DNA of 64,000 bases from an uncultured Acidobacteriota bacterium (GCA_963711325.1 CAVQDR010000004.1:762124-826123), one strand, 5' to 3'; shown: positions 28,627 to 39,743, numbered from the stretch's first letter. Numbers and translations: made by a program. The notes: generated by a model not told the origin, from the letters alone.

Positions 28627-28878
28627 ATGCGTAGACTCTTAAACAGGACCGCAGGGAAGATAACGTTGGGGTATTTTGCGTTGGTCGTTCTGTCGCTAAT
28701 TATCTCTGCGCGTTTTTCCGAACCAATGGGCCAACCATTTGATGACCTTGTGATCGGCTTCCCATGGGTGTTGGCTATTCAGAGCGACAGCACATGGGGT
28801 ACGGCACTCCTCGTTTTTCTCAATGTTCTCAGTCTTTACTTCGTCACCCTTATCTTCATTGAGATGCAGGCCGATTGA
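28627..28878 (+). CDS. Small 2-TM hypothetical membrane protein (low-GC orphan)
   Basis: 83-aa ORF with two hydrophobic helices. No family recognised. Local GC is visibly lower (~48% by eye) than the flanks. Confidence 0.4.
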   Translation: MRRLLNRTAGKITLGYFALVVLSLIISARFSEPMGQPFDDLVIGFPWVLAIQSDSTWGTALLVFLNVLSLYFVTLIFIEMQAD

Positions 28879-28920
28879 ATACTGCAAGAGCGGAGCTGCC
28901 TCTTCTCTAACAATGGGGCC

Positions 28921-30630
28921 CTACTGAATCCGAACCCCGGCCGTCTCAAAAATCGGCGCAATATCCGTTGGGACACTCTTGAGCCGCGTCAAAGCCTTCT
29001 GCACCTCGGGCCCCATCACCCCCATCTGCGTCATCCAGGCCTTCGTCTCCGCGTAATCACCAGTAGCCTCCAACGTCAGCAATTTATTATCCAACGACCT
29101 TACCGCCTCCTTCATCTTCGCCACATCCACGCTAAACGTCCCATCCGCATTAGCCGTGAACGCTCCCTGCTGCAGAAAATAATTGAACTGCATGGCCTGC
29201 CCGCGCGCGTGCGCATCCTGCAATCCAAATCGCATGGTCCGAAAAGCCGACGCCATGTACGTCGTATACAGCCGCCGCTCCGCCGTCGGCCCATGAGCCA
29301 TCGGAGCATCCAACTTCCCCTCGTCCGCCTGCGTCATCAGGAATTGCAGCGCGAACAATCCGGTCACATCCGCCTTCGCTTCTTCCATCGCCGAATACTG
29401 CTCCTTCAATTCCATCCGCGGATTCGTGTCCCGTCCGTCGATCTTGATCTGGTGCGGCCCCAGCCCGTGGCACAGTTCATGCGCCACAATGTGCGTGAAG
29501 AAAAGTTCAAAACTCAAATCCTTTTGCTCCGCCGGAGTCAGCACGATTTTCGAAATCGGCACCAGCGTCGAATTAAATTTCGCTGCCTGCACGTTCTTCA
29601 ACATCACTCGCTTGCTGCCTTTCAGCTGCACCACTTTATCGTCGTTGGGCAGATTGTAAGCCGCGGTTTGCACCCCGTGCGCGCCATCGCCTGCGCTGAA
29701 TAATTCATTCACCACCCGGATCGGCGCCGCCGCTCCTAATTTCGCCACGCGATACTTTGCATCCTCCGGCAAATTGTTTTCGATGTCCTGCAGGTGGCTC
29801 CCCAAAAATCCCAGTCGCGCCGATTCTTTATCATCGCGAACGTTGACGTACGCCTCGAACGCCGCCTTGTATCCAAAAATTTCATCTTGGTAAGTCTCGT
29901 ACGGCCCGAACGTCACATCTACCGGAGCGTCCAAATCCATCCACGCCATATCGCTTTCGTAATAATCGTTCGAAGCAAAGGCATCCGCGCGCGTAGTCAG
30001 AAATTTCTTCAGGCTCGCGTTGTCCGTCAAAGCCGCCGCCTCACGCAGCAGTTTTCCCGCGCGTTCCAGCTCGCTCTTGTATTCCTCGCTGTAGGGAATT
30101 GTCTTCAGCTTGCCGTCGGAGCCGCGCCGGATCACCGTAAAAAATCCCTCCGCCTGCTCTTTCGCTTCCGGTGACAGCGTCTTCACCCAGGCTTCGAATT
30201 CCTCCTTGGTCATGTTCTCCGGATAAAAATTCGCGCCCGGCAGTTTTCGCGCCGGCACATCCGGCAGAAACGCCGCGTGCTGATCGATTTCCGACCACGG
30301 TCCCTTGTTGATCCAGAAATAATCCAGCCGCGCCTTTCCCAGCGGAGTCGTCTCGCCCTGCAGCTTGTGATACGTCGCGAGATCACCGCTCCAGAACTGT
30401 TCCATGAAAATCGTGTTCACGATTCTTGCGGCTTCTACCAGCTTCCCGATCGCCTTCCGGTCACCCGCCGAAAGTCTTGAGAGGTCCACCCGCAAGGGCG
30501 TCGGCGCAAATCGCGCCGTCATGGTCTTCAGCTCCGCCAAATTCGGAACCGGCGGAGCAGGCGCCGCAGCCTTTTCCTGGGCCGCTACTGCCGAGACGCA
30601 CAGGAAGAAAATTACGAGGAGTTTTCGCAT
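28921..30630 (-). CDS. Secreted dipeptidyl-peptidase III-like (M49-like) zinc hydrolase
   Basis: Signal peptide. Zinc motif region HIVAHELCHGLGPH and downstream EEAKADVTG resemble the HExxGH / EExxAE pair of the M49/DPP3-like family. Confidence 0.7.
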   Translation of the reverse strand: MRKLLVIFFLCVSAVAAQEKAAAPAPPVPNLAELKTMTARFAPTPLRVDLSRLSAGDRKAIGKLVEAARIVNTIFMEQFWSGDLATYHKLQGETTPLGKARLDYFWINKGPWSEIDQHAAFLPDVPARKLPGANFYPENMTKEEFEAWVKTLSPEAKEQAEGFFTVIRRGSDGKLKTIPYSEEYKSELERAGKLLREAAALTDNASLKKFLTTRADAFASNDYYESDMAWMDLDAPVDVTFGPYETYQDEIFGYKAAFEAYVNVRDDKESARLGFLGSHLQDIENNLPEDAKYRVAKLGAAAPIRVVNELFSAGDGAHGVQTAAYNLPNDDKVVQLKGSKRVMLKNVQAAKFNSTLVPISKIVLTPAEQKDLSFELFFTHIVAHELCHGLGPHQIKIDGRDTNPRMELKEQYSAMEEAKADVTGLFALQFLMTQADEGKLDAPMAHGPTAERRLYTTYMASAFRTMRFGLQDAHARGQAMQFNYFLQQGAFTANADGTFSVDVAKMKEAVRSLDNKLLTLEATGDYAETKAWMTQMGVMGPEVQKALTRLKSVPTDIAPIFETAGVRIQ

Positions 30631-30797
30631 GCGCAGAAAGATAGCACTTCAATTGCAGATTGAAAACTGGCCGCCCTGCCACCTTCTCGCTGGCTAGCCG
30701 GCCGGTCGCGACCGTCCAATTCTCTGGAATTTCAATTCGCCGCGCGTATAATGCCCGCCGGGATTGGTTACAATGGAACCCAGGACCATCGGCCACA

Positions 30798-31661
30798 ATG
30801 TTTGATTTTCTTTCTCCCCTGTCGCGGCGTCTGTTGCAATTCCTTCCAATAATTGCCCTGGTGTTTTGCGCCGCGCCCGCCAAAGCGCAAGACGCCGCCC
30901 GAGCCGTGACCGGCCAGCACGAATCTCAGCCACCCCAGGCCATCGTCATCGGCTTCATGGGCGGCAACGTCGCCCCCGACGATCCAACGCGCAACGAACT
31001 CATCATCTGCGGACGTCTGCGCGAATCTTTCCCCACCGCCTATTTCGAAATTTTCGAAAACCGCCGCTTCGAAGACGCCCACCAGAAAATCCTGCAGATG
31101 CTCGGAATCCAGCCCGGCACCGGCGCTGCCACAACCCAGCCATCCGAAACCAAGAACCAAAAACCCAAAATCATCCTCTACGGCCACAGCTGGGGAGCCT
31201 CCGCCGTAGTCACCCTCGCCGAAGAACTCCAGCGCGACGGCATCCCCGTCGCCCTCACTATCCAAGTCGACAGCATCCAGAAGAAAGGTCAGCAGGACGC
31301 CGTCATTCCCGCCAACGTCGCCCGCGCCGTAAATTTCTACCAGCCCGACGGTTTTCTCCACGGACGCCCGGAAATTCGCGCCGCCGATCCTACCCAAACC
31401 CAAATCCTCGGAAATTTTCGCGTCAGCTACAAGGAAATGCCGCCGGAATGCAATCCCTACCCGTGGTACGAGCGAAAATTCATCAAGACCCACATCGCCA
31501 TAGAATGTGATCCAGCCCTCTGGGGCCGCATCGAATCGCTAATCCGCGAATCGTTAGCCACTCCGCCCGCGCAGCAGCCAGACCACAGCGATCACGCCGC
31601 TCTCCCAGCGAAGCCCGCCGATGTCACGCCCGTCAATCTCACCGCCGGGCGCCAACCCTAA
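30798..31661 (+). CDS. Secreted alpha/beta-hydrolase-like protein (lipase/esterase-like)
   Basis: Start reassigned to ATG 30798 (signal peptide ...[12 protein letters not shown]). Nucleophile elbow GHSWG in [13 protein letters not shown]. Confidence 0.6.
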   Translation: MFDFLSPLSRRLLQFLPIIALVFCAAPAKAQDAARAVTGQHESQPPQAIVIGFMGGNVAPDDPTRNELIICGRLRESFPTAYFEIFENRRFEDAHQKILQMLGIQPGTGAATTQPSETKNQKPKIILYGHSWGASAVVTLAEELQRDGIPVALTIQVDSIQKKGQQDAVIPANVARAVNFYQPDGFLHGRPEIRAADPTQTQILGNFRVSYKEMPPECNPYPWYERKFIKTHIAIECDPALWGRIESLIRESLATPPAQQPDHSDHAALPAKPADVTPVNLTAGRQP

Positions 31662-32155
31662 AATCCAAAATCGCTCAATCCCGAATACCCATCCGGTCTG
31701 CGTCCCAACGGCCAGTGAAATTTCCGCTCCGCTTCCGAAATCTCCAGATCGTTGATGCACGCATGCCGCACCTTCATTAATCCATTCTCCGCGAATTCCC
31801 AGTTCTCATTCCCAAATGACCGCCACCATTTTCCCGCCGCATCCTGCGATTCATAAGCGAACCGCACCGCGATCCGATTTCCGTCGAACGCCCACAATTC
31901 CTTAATCAATCGATATTCCAACTCCTTCGACCACTTCCGCGTCAGAAACGCGATAATCTCCTCCCTCCCATTGATGAATTCCGACCGGTTCCTCCATCGC
32001 GAATCAATCGTGTACGACAAACACACCTTCTCCGGCGCTCGCGAATTCCATCCATCTTCCGCCACGCGTACCTTCACGATCGCCGTCTCCCGCGTAAACG
32101 GCGGGAAAGGCGGTTTGCTCTCTGCTGGTTTCGCTGCTTCCGTTGCGCTGCTCAT
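31658..32155 (-). CDS. DUF1348 / NTF2-like family protein
   Basis: 165 aa. [20 protein letters not shown]...[38 protein letters not shown]...RFAYE is the conserved DUF1348 pattern. Confidence 0.8.
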   Translation of the reverse strand: MSSATEAAKPAESKPPFPPFTRETAIVKVRVAEDGWNSRAPEKVCLSYTIDSRWRNRSEFINGREEIIAFLTRKWSKELEYRLIKELWAFDGNRIAVRFAYESQDAAGKWWRSFGNENWEFAENGLMKVRHACINDLEISEAERKFHWPLGRRPDGYSGLSDFGF

Positions 32156-32320
32156 ATTTTTTCTCCTTTGCGCTCTCGTCGAAATCTCAGTCTGTCATCA
32201 AACGTGACCAGCCGGTGCAGTCGGTCTGCCTCAATTCCGGCCCAATCGCCCCGCGATTTGTTTCACCTAGAGTTTGCCCGCTGCGTTGGATAGGATGCTG
32301 GAACGTCATCGGAGGGAGCA

Positions 32321-33442
32321 TTGCCACGGGTGTCAAACCAAGCCGCCGGAACCCGACGTTCCGGCCTCGTCCATTCCGCGCCATTTTTACTCGCGGCCCT
32401 GATCGCGCTCGCCTGCGCTCTGCCGGGTGGCTGCCACTCCCGCTCTTCGACTCAACGCCCCACGATAGAATTCGTAAAAATTCCTCCCGCCGCCCAAGGC
32501 GGCCGCGAACGCGTCGATACCATTTCCGGCCGTGTCACCGGAGCCCGCTCCGGCCAGCAGATCGTCGTCTATGCCCGCAGCGGTCCGTGGTGGGTGCAAC
32601 CTTGGCCCGATCAAGCCCTGCTCCCCATCCAGCCCGACGGCACCTGGTCCACCACTACCCATCTCGGTTTCGAATACGCCGCGCTGCTCGTTGACCCCGC
32701 CTACCACGCGCCGCCCACCATGGACGTCCTCGCGGCCGCCGGCGGTTCGGTCATCGCCGTCCAGCAGGTCAAAGGCTCCGGCCCCGTGCAAGTCGCTCCC
32801 ACCGTCCCGCTGCGTTTCAGCGGCTATGATTGGAAAGTTCGCACCATCGCCAGCGACCGCGGTGGCCTCAACAATCTCTACGATCCTGATAACGCCTGGA
32901 CGGATTCCGCTGGCGCCATGCACCTCCGCATCAAAAAGCGCGACGAAAAATGGTCTTGCGCTGAAGTCGTCCTCACCCGCAGCCTCGGATACGGCACCTA
33001 CAACATGGTCGTGCGTGATACCACGCGCCTTGAACCCGCCGCCGTCCTTAGCATGAATACTTTCGACGATTGGGGCGGCGACCAGCACTATCGCGAAATG
33101 GATGCCGAGATGGGCCGCTGGGGCGACGCCTCCAATCCCAACAACGCCCAGTTCGCCATTCAACCTTTTTACGTCCCGGGCAATGTCGCGCCTTTCGTCG
33201 CGCCCGCCGGCACGCTGACAACTTCGCTGCATTGGGAATCCGGCAAGGCCGCCTTCCGCACCGTGCGCGGCTCAACCGCGCGTCCGGGCGCGCAGCTCGT
33301 CTCCGAGCACGTCTTCACCACGGGTGTTCCCAACGCCGCCACCGAGACATTTCAATTTTTGTTTTATGTCGTGGCCAGTGACAAGTCGCCGCTGCAGCAT
33401 GAAAATGAAGTGGTCATCGAAAAATTCGAATATCTGCCATAA
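32321..33442 (+). CDS. Lipoprotein with GH16-like / concanavalin-type glucanase domain (paralog 1)
   Basis: Lipobox-like LPGGC. C-terminal domain carries REMDAEMGRWGD (ExDxE, the GH16 catalytic pattern). Clear paralog of the next gene over its full length. Exact start (TTG 32321 vs GTG 32330) is uncertain. Confidence 0.7.
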   Translation: MPRVSNQAAGTRRSGLVHSAPFLLAALIALACALPGGCHSRSSTQRPTIEFVKIPPAAQGGRERVDTISGRVTGARSGQQIVVYARSGPWWVQPWPDQALLPIQPDGTWSTTTHLGFEYAALLVDPAYHAPPTMDVLAAAGGSVIAVQQVKGSGPVQVAPTVPLRFSGYDWKVRTIASDRGGLNNLYDPDNAWTDSAGAMHLRIKKRDEKWSCAEVVLTRSLGYGTYNMVVRDTTRLEPAAVLSMNTFDDWGGDQHYREMDAEMGRWGDASNPNNAQFAIQPFYVPGNVAPFVAPAGTLTTSLHWESGKAAFRTVRGSTARPGAQLVSEHVFTTGVPNAATETFQFLFYVVASDKSPLQHENEVVIEKFEYLP

Positions 33443-33576
33443 CACCGCGAAGCCCTGTACGCGCTCGCGTAGCGCGAATCGGTGCGCGAGGTTCGCGAAG
33501 TCATTCGTTCTAGAGTTTATGGTCTCGTTTGGATACGATGGCCAATTCCACAGCCTCTAATGCGTGATCATCGGCC

Positions 33577-34671
33577 ATGACTTCCGACCTCCATGCTCGC
33601 TCCAGCGCCCTCGCGCTCACGACTCTCTTCCTCGCTTTCATTTCCGTCCAGCTGGCCGGCTGTCATTTTCATCGGCAATCTCAACCCACCATCGAATTCA
33701 CTAAAATTCCTCCCGCCGCCCAAGGCGGCCGCGAGCGCACTGACACCATTTCCGGCCGCGTCACCGGCTCCCGCCCCGGTCAGAAAATCGTCGTCTTCGC
33801 CAAGAGCGGCCCGTGGTGGGTACAGCCCTGGCCCGACCAAGCTCTCCTTCCCATTCAGCCCGACGGCACCTGGACCACCAGCACGCATCTCGGCTTTCAA
33901 TACGCCGCCTTGCTCGTCGATTCCAGCTATCACCCGCCATCCACCTTGGATCTCGATCCCTCCCAAACCAATTCCGTCCTCGCCGTAAAAATCGTCCCCG
34001 GCGTCGGCCCCGTCCAGGTCGCTCCCACCGTTCCACTTCGCTTTAGCCGATACGACTGGCTGGTCCGCACCATCGCCGCCGATGTCGGCGGCGTAAATAA
34101 TCTTTTCGATTCCGATAACGCCTGGACCGATGCCTCCGGCGCCCTCCACCTGCGCATCCACAAAAAAAACGACCGCTGGTCCTGCGCTCATCTCACCCTC
34201 TCTCGCAGCCTTGGTTACGGCACTTATATTTTCACCGTCCGCGACACCGCGCATCTCGAACCCGCCGCCGTCCTCAGCCTCACCACTTTTGACGATTGGG
34301 GCGCGGTCGAGCATTACCGCGAAATGGATATCGAGATGAGCAAATGGGGCGACGCCGCCAACAAAAATAACGCGCAGTTCGCCATTCAACCGTTCTACGT
34401 TCCGGGCAACGTCGCTACCTTCGCAGCGCCCGCCGGCGTCATGACTTACACTCTCCACTGGGAATCAGGGAAAGCCACTTTCCGCGCGCTGCGCGGCTCC
34501 TCGGCCACCGGGACCGCCTCCCAACTCGTCTCCGAACACGTCTTCACCACTGGCGTGCCTTCCCCCGGCCAGGAAAAAATCTTGCTCATGTTCTACGTCG
34601 TCGCCAGCGACCACAGTCCCATGCGGCATGAAAACGAAGTGGTCCTCGAAAAATTTGAGTACCTGCCGTGA
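33577..34671 (+). CDS. Lipoprotein with GH16-like / concanavalin-type glucanase domain (paralog 2)
   Basis: Lipobox VQLAGC. REMDIEMSKWGD motif. Same N-terminal module as paralog 1 (TIEFTKIPPAAQGGRERTDTISGRVTG...SGPWWVQPWPDQALLPIQPDGTW). Confidence 0.7.
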   Translation: MTSDLHARSSALALTTLFLAFISVQLAGCHFHRQSQPTIEFTKIPPAAQGGRERTDTISGRVTGSRPGQKIVVFAKSGPWWVQPWPDQALLPIQPDGTWTTSTHLGFQYAALLVDSSYHPPSTLDLDPSQTNSVLAVKIVPGVGPVQVAPTVPLRFSRYDWLVRTIAADVGGVNNLFDSDNAWTDASGALHLRIHKKNDRWSCAHLTLSRSLGYGTYIFTVRDTAHLEPAAVLSLTTFDDWGAVEHYREMDIEMSKWGDAANKNNAQFAIQPFYVPGNVATFAAPAGVMTYTLHWESGKATFRALRGSSATGTASQLVSEHVFTTGVPSPGQEKILLMFYVVASDHSPMRHENEVVLEKFEYLP

Positions 34672-34678
34672 TCCTGGA

Positions 34679-37600
34679 ATGAATCTCCGCCGCAATCTCG
34701 CTCTGGCCCTCGCCGCGTTCTTCCTCGCGGTCTTCGCTTTCTCCGCTCGCGCCATCGATCCCAATCGCCTGACCTCGCAATACATTCACGACCGTTGGGG
34801 CGTCGCCCGCGGCTTCACCGGCGGCTCCGTCACTTCCATCGCTCAGACGCCCGACGGCTATTTGTGGATCGGCTCTGAACACGGGCTATTCCGTTTCGAT
34901 GGTCTGACCTTCCGTGCTTTTCCCCAGGCCGTTCCTTCCTCGCTGCCCATCGGCCCGGTCGAAGGCCTCACCACCGACGCCCAGGGCAATCTCTGGATCG
35001 TTCTTCAGAGCACCAAAATCTTCCGCTACCGCGACGGAAAATTCGAACTCGGCCGCGACGAAGCCGAAGCCGGCATCACTTCCGCCACCGTCACCAAAAA
35101 CGGCGCTGTGCTTTTCGCTTCGCTCGCTCTCGGCCCGCTCACTTACAATTCCGGGAAATTTGAAATTCTCTCCACTCAAAATGGCCCCACCAATTACGCC
35201 CCGTCCTCCTCCCCTACGAATGACGAACTCAATACTCGCCGCAGTTGGGCCACCGGCATCACCGCCCATCGTCTCGCCGAACCGAATTCCGCCGTTCTCT
35301 CCATGGTCCAAACTCCCGATGGTCGCGTCTGGCTCGGCACTCAAGACAAAGGTTTATTTTTCTTCAAGGACGGCCACATCACTTCCGTGCCGTCGCAATC
35401 GAAGGACTCGAAAATCAATTGCCTCCTGCCCTCTGATAATGGCGATTTGTGGCTCGGCACTGATGCCGGCCTCCTCCGCTGGAATAGTTCGATCGTTACC
35501 TCTGCCGGTGTGCCGTCGACGCTCGCGCACGAGCCGATTCTTTCCCTGGCGCGCGACCGAGATTCCAACATCTGGATCGGAACCTCTCGTGGCATTTTTC
35601 GCTACAACGCGCAGGGCATCTTTCCCGTCGACCCGCCGGAATCCGGTCAGCCCGTCTCCGTCAGCGCCATCTTTCAGGATCGCGAAGGAAACATTTGGCT
35701 CGGCACTTCGCGCGGCATCGAACGCCTCCGCGATAGTCCCTTCGTCACCTTCTCCATCTCCAAAACCGGCGCCTCCGAGAGTAACGGCCCGGTCTACATC
35801 GACGACCAGCAACGCACCTGGTTCGCTCCGCTCGATGGCGGACTCTACTGGCTGAAAGGCGGACAAGTCGCATCCGTCTCGAATGACGGTCTGGATAAAG
35901 ATGTCATCTACTCCATCACCGGTGGTCCTGGCGAAATTTGGGTCGGTCGTCAGCAACGCGGTCTCACTCGCCTCCGTTTCGACTCCTCATCCTTTTCCGT
36001 GAAGACTTTCACCGAGATCGACGGCCTCGCCCAAAATAACGTCTACTCCGTTTTCGAAACCCGCGATGGCTCCGTCTGGGCCGGTACTCTCAACGGCGGC
36101 GTCAGCCGCTTCAAAGATGGAAAATTCTCTTCCTACACCACCCTCGACGGACTTGCTTCCAACACCGTCAACGCCATAACCGAAACTTCCGACGGCGCCA
36201 TCTGGTTCGGCACCCCGAACGGTGTGACCTCTTTTTCCCAAGGGAAGTGGCAGACCTACTCAACGCAAAACGGATCGAATTCAGCAGAAGTAAATTGCCT
36301 GCTGGAAGGCTCGGGTCACAATCTCTGGATCGGCGGCGCCGGTGGAATTTCCTTTCTCGCTTCCGGCCGCGTCCAGGCTCCGCAAAATCTTCCCGACGCT
36401 TTGCGTGACCCGATCTTCGGCATCGCCGAAGATAACGCCGGCTGGCTCTGGGTCTCCACTTCCAATCACGTCCTGCGTGTTAATCGCGAAAAACTTCTCA
36501 CCGGTAGTCTCACTACGGCCGATGTTCGCCAATTCGGCCTCGACGATGGCCTCAGCGGCCTCGAAGGCGTCAAACGCCAAAAATCTGTTGCTGCCGATTC
36601 GCTCGGCCACATCTGGTTCTCCATGAATCGCGGCCTCAGCGTCGTCGATCCGGCCCGACTCACTAATTCTTCTCCGCCCGTCCTCATCAAAATTGATTCC
36701 GTCTCTGGCCGATGGCGCTCCCGTCGATCTCGCCGGCGCGGTGCGCATTCCGTCTTCGCGTCACCGCCTCACCTTCGCTTTCTCCGGCCTCAGCCTCTCC
36801 GTCCCTGAACGCGTCCGCTACCGCTATCGCCTCGACGGCTTCGATCGCAATTGGAGCGAACCCGCCGCCACCCGCGACGCCATCTATACCAATCTCAGTC
36901 CCGGCTCCTACACTTTCCGCGTCATCGCCTCCAATAGTGACGGCATCTGGAGTGAATCCGGCACGGCCTTGCCCGTCGATATCGTTCCGCAGTTTTATCA
37001 GACCAAATGGTTTTTCCTGCTCGCCGCGTTCCTCGCCGGTATCATCGTTTGGCTCGCCTATCAGCGCCACGTCCAGCAAGTCACCGCGCGCCTCGACCTC
37101 CAATACAAGGAGCGCCTCTCTGAACGCACCCGCATCGCCCGCGAACTGCACGACACGCTGCTGCAAAGTTTTCAGGGTTTGATGCTGCATTTCCAGCGCG
37201 CCCGCAATTTGCTTCCCGCCAATCCCGATCAGGCTATTCAACGCCTCGATAGCGCCCTCGCCGGCGCCGAGCAGGCCATCGTCGAAGGTCGCAACGCCAT
37301 TCACGACATTCGCTCCACTGCGCTCGTCAATGAAGATCTCGCCCAGGCCATGAACGCTCTCGGCCGTGAGCTTTCCGTCTCGGACGTCGGGACTGACCCT
37401 GCCACTCTCAATGTTCTCGAAGAGGGCGCGTCCAGGCCGCTCGATCCCGTCGTCCGCGACGAAATCTATCGCATCGTCCGCGAAGCTCTGCGCAACGCCT
37501 TCACCCACGCTCACGCCAAAAATATTGAAGCGGAAATCGCCTATGGTGAGAAACTTCTTCGCATCCGCATCAGAGACGATGGCGTGGGCATCGACCCGCA

Positions 37601-37802
37601 CGTCTTGGCCAGCGGCGATCGCGCCGGTCACTGGGGTTTGCCCGGTATGCGCGAACGCGCCCAACAAATCGGCGGTCATCTCGACGTCTGGAGCGAACTC
37701 GCCGCCGGCACCGAAATCGAATTGACCATCCCGGCTGCTGCCGCCTACAAATCTCCATCGGCCCCGCAGCCTCCGCGTGCGCGCGCCACCGGGAGCGATT
37801 GA
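34679..37802 (+). CDS. Sensor histidine kinase with periplasmic beta-propeller (Reg_prop) and Y_Y_Y domains, HisKA_3/HATPase; interrupted by an apparent frameshift at ~36705
   Basis: ATG 34679 lies 7 nt after the previous stop. Propeller repeats (LWIGTxxGL...). PPVLIKIDSV continues in the next frame as LADGAPVDL...RYRYRLDGFDRNWSE (Y_Y_Y). TM, H-box RIARELHDTLLQ, then DDGVGI...GLPGMRERA. Confidence 0.88.
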
Positions 37803-37851
37803 ACCAATATCTGGAGCCGAAAGTATCAGCTCAAAAAGTCACACTGCATCC

Positions 37852-38484
37852 ATGACCACCACTCCCAATCCGATTCGCATCGCCCTTGCCGACGATCATC
37901 CTCTGCTTCGCCAGGGAATCGCGGCCCTCCTCGCCGATCAGCCGGACCTGCAACTCGTCGTTGAAGCCGGGACCGGTCTCGAAGCCATCGAAAAATTCCG
38001 CAGTCATCGTCCCGACCTCATGCTCATGGATCTCCAGATGCCCGGCATGAACGGCATCGACGCCATGATCGCCATTCGCGACGAATTTCCCGACGCGTGC
38101 TTCATCGTCCTGACCACCTACGCTGGCGACGTCCAAATCGTTCGCGCCCTCAAAGCCGGAGCCCGCGCTTACCTGCTCAAAAGTCTCCTGCACCGCGAAC
38201 TTCTCGATACCATTCGCGCCGTTCACGCCGGACAAAAACGCATTCCTCCCGAAATCGCTGCTCAACTCGCCGACCACGCCGCTGATGACTCGCTCACTCC
38301 CCGCGAGATCGAAGTTCTCCGCCTCATCGCCGAAGGCAGCGCCAATAAAATCGTCGCCGACCGCCTCTCCATCACCGAAGAAACCGTCAAGGCTCACGTC
38401 AAAAATATTCTCTCTAAGCTCGACGCCAACGACCGCACCCACGCCGTCACCATCGCCCTCAAGCGCGGAATCATCGAGTTATAG
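37852..38484 (+). CDS. NarL/FixJ-family response regulator (REC + LuxR HTH)
   Basis: IALADDHPLLRQG...DLMLMDLQMPGMNG receiver. LTPREIEVLRLIAEGSANKIVADRLSITEETVKAHVKNILSKL HTH. Confidence 0.92.
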   Translation: MTTTPNPIRIALADDHPLLRQGIAALLADQPDLQLVVEAGTGLEAIEKFRSHRPDLMLMDLQMPGMNGIDAMIAIRDEFPDACFIVLTTYAGDVQIVRALKAGARAYLLKSLLHRELLDTIRAVHAGQKRIPPEIAAQLADHAADDSLTPREIEVLRLIAEGSANKIVADRLSITEETVKAHVKNILSKLDANDRTHAVTIALKRGIIEL

Positions 38485-38583
38485 CCGTAACTCACCTACC
38501 CGAAAGGGGTAGTCAGTCAGCCTCAGTATTAGGGATTCACCACCGCGACCAATTTCGTACTCTCCAGTCCGAGGTCGCTTTTC

Positions 38584-38958
38584 TTGCAACGCTTATTTTC
38601 CATGTTTCCCAATGGCTGGCCCGGGCGCGCTTTGCTGCTCTTGCGCTTCGTCGCCGGAGCCATGCTGATTTACGACGGAGTCTTCGGCCTCCTCGGGCAG
38701 AACCGCGTTGACGTCATCGCGAACCATGCGATCGCCATCCTCGCCGGCCTGCTGCTTGTCGTCGGCCTGTGGACTCCCATTGCTGGAGCCGTCGTCACCG
38801 TCCTCGAACTTTGGGCCATCGTCGCCGGCACTGATCACTTGCGCAGCGCCATTTTGCTGGCGGCCCTGGGTACCGCGCTCGCCATGCTCGGCCCCGGCGT
38901 CCGCTCCATCGACGCTCGTCTTTTCGGTCGCCGCCGTCTCGATATCCCGGACCTGTAG
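38584..38958 (+). CDS. DoxX-family membrane protein
   Basis: 4 TM, about 120 aa. GRALLLLRFVAGAMLIYDG is typical of DoxX. Start may be TTG 38584 or ATG 38602. Confidence 0.65.
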   Translation: MQRLFSMFPNGWPGRALLLLRFVAGAMLIYDGVFGLLGQNRVDVIANHAIAILAGLLLVVGLWTPIAGAVVTVLELWAIVAGTDHLRSAILLAALGTALAMLGPGVRSIDARLFGRRRLDIPDL

Positions 38959-39092
38959 GGATTTACGCATCCCTCGAAAGTAGTACGACCATCTATACCG
39001 TTTTGGTACAGCGCGCCCACTCCTATCGAGGGTTGTTCCTGACCTTCGCCCGATTCACAATCACCGCGAAAATTCTCCTGGGGGATATAAAA

Positions 39093-39743
39093 ATGAGCGA
39101 CGCAATATTAGTAGCGGCGGCAAAACGAGGACAGCGCGCGGCCTTCGATGCCTTATGCGAACAATCCGCGCAGCGCATTTTCCGGACCACCTTCCGCATC
39201 ACCCGCAATCGCGAAGATGCCGAAGACGCCGTGCAGGACACTTTCCTGAAAGCTTTCGTGCATCTGAAGGATTTCGACGGCCGCTCCAGCTTTTCCACCT
39301 GGCTCACCCGCATCGCTATCAATTCGTCCTTAATGTTGCTCCGCAAAAAGCGCCTGAATCGCGAAGTCTCTTACGATGGTTATAACGATCCCAACGAGCC
39401 CGGCCTCGCCTTCCAGATTCCGGACGCCGCGCCCGGTCCCGAATCACGCTTCGCCCAGCAGGAACGCGACCGCGCCCTCTGGCAAGCCATCAGCACCTTG
39501 CGCCCGTCCGTCCGCAAAGTTGTCGAACTGCAACTCGTCCGCGATTGCGCCATGAAAGAAACCGCCAAAAAAATCGGCATCTCCGTGTGCGCCGCCAAAT
39601 CCCGTTTGTTTCATGCCAAAGCGGCCATTCGCAAATCGATGAAGCGCAAAACCATCGGTGGCGCTCCGGTTCTACGCCCCAACCCGCGTTACCTCGAAGG
39701 AGCCGCTGCCTATCGCAAAGTTCGCTCCTTGGATCTACCCTAA
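39093..39743 (+). CDS. ECF-type RNA polymerase sigma-70 family factor
   Basis: Start reassigned to ATG 39093. Sigma2 (AEDAVQDTFLKAFVHL...FSTWLTRIAINSSLMLLRKK). Sigma4 (VVELQLVRDCAMKETAKKIGISVCAAKSRLFHAKAAIRK). Confidence 0.85.
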   Translation: MSDAILVAAAKRGQRAAFDALCEQSAQRIFRTTFRITRNREDAEDAVQDTFLKAFVHLKDFDGRSSFSTWLTRIAINSSLMLLRKKRLNREVSYDGYNDPNEPGLAFQIPDAAPGPESRFAQQERDRALWQAISTLRPSVRKVVELQLVRDCAMKETAKKIGISVCAAKSRLFHAKAAIRKSMKRKTIGGAPVLRPNPRYLEGAAAYRKVRSLDLP

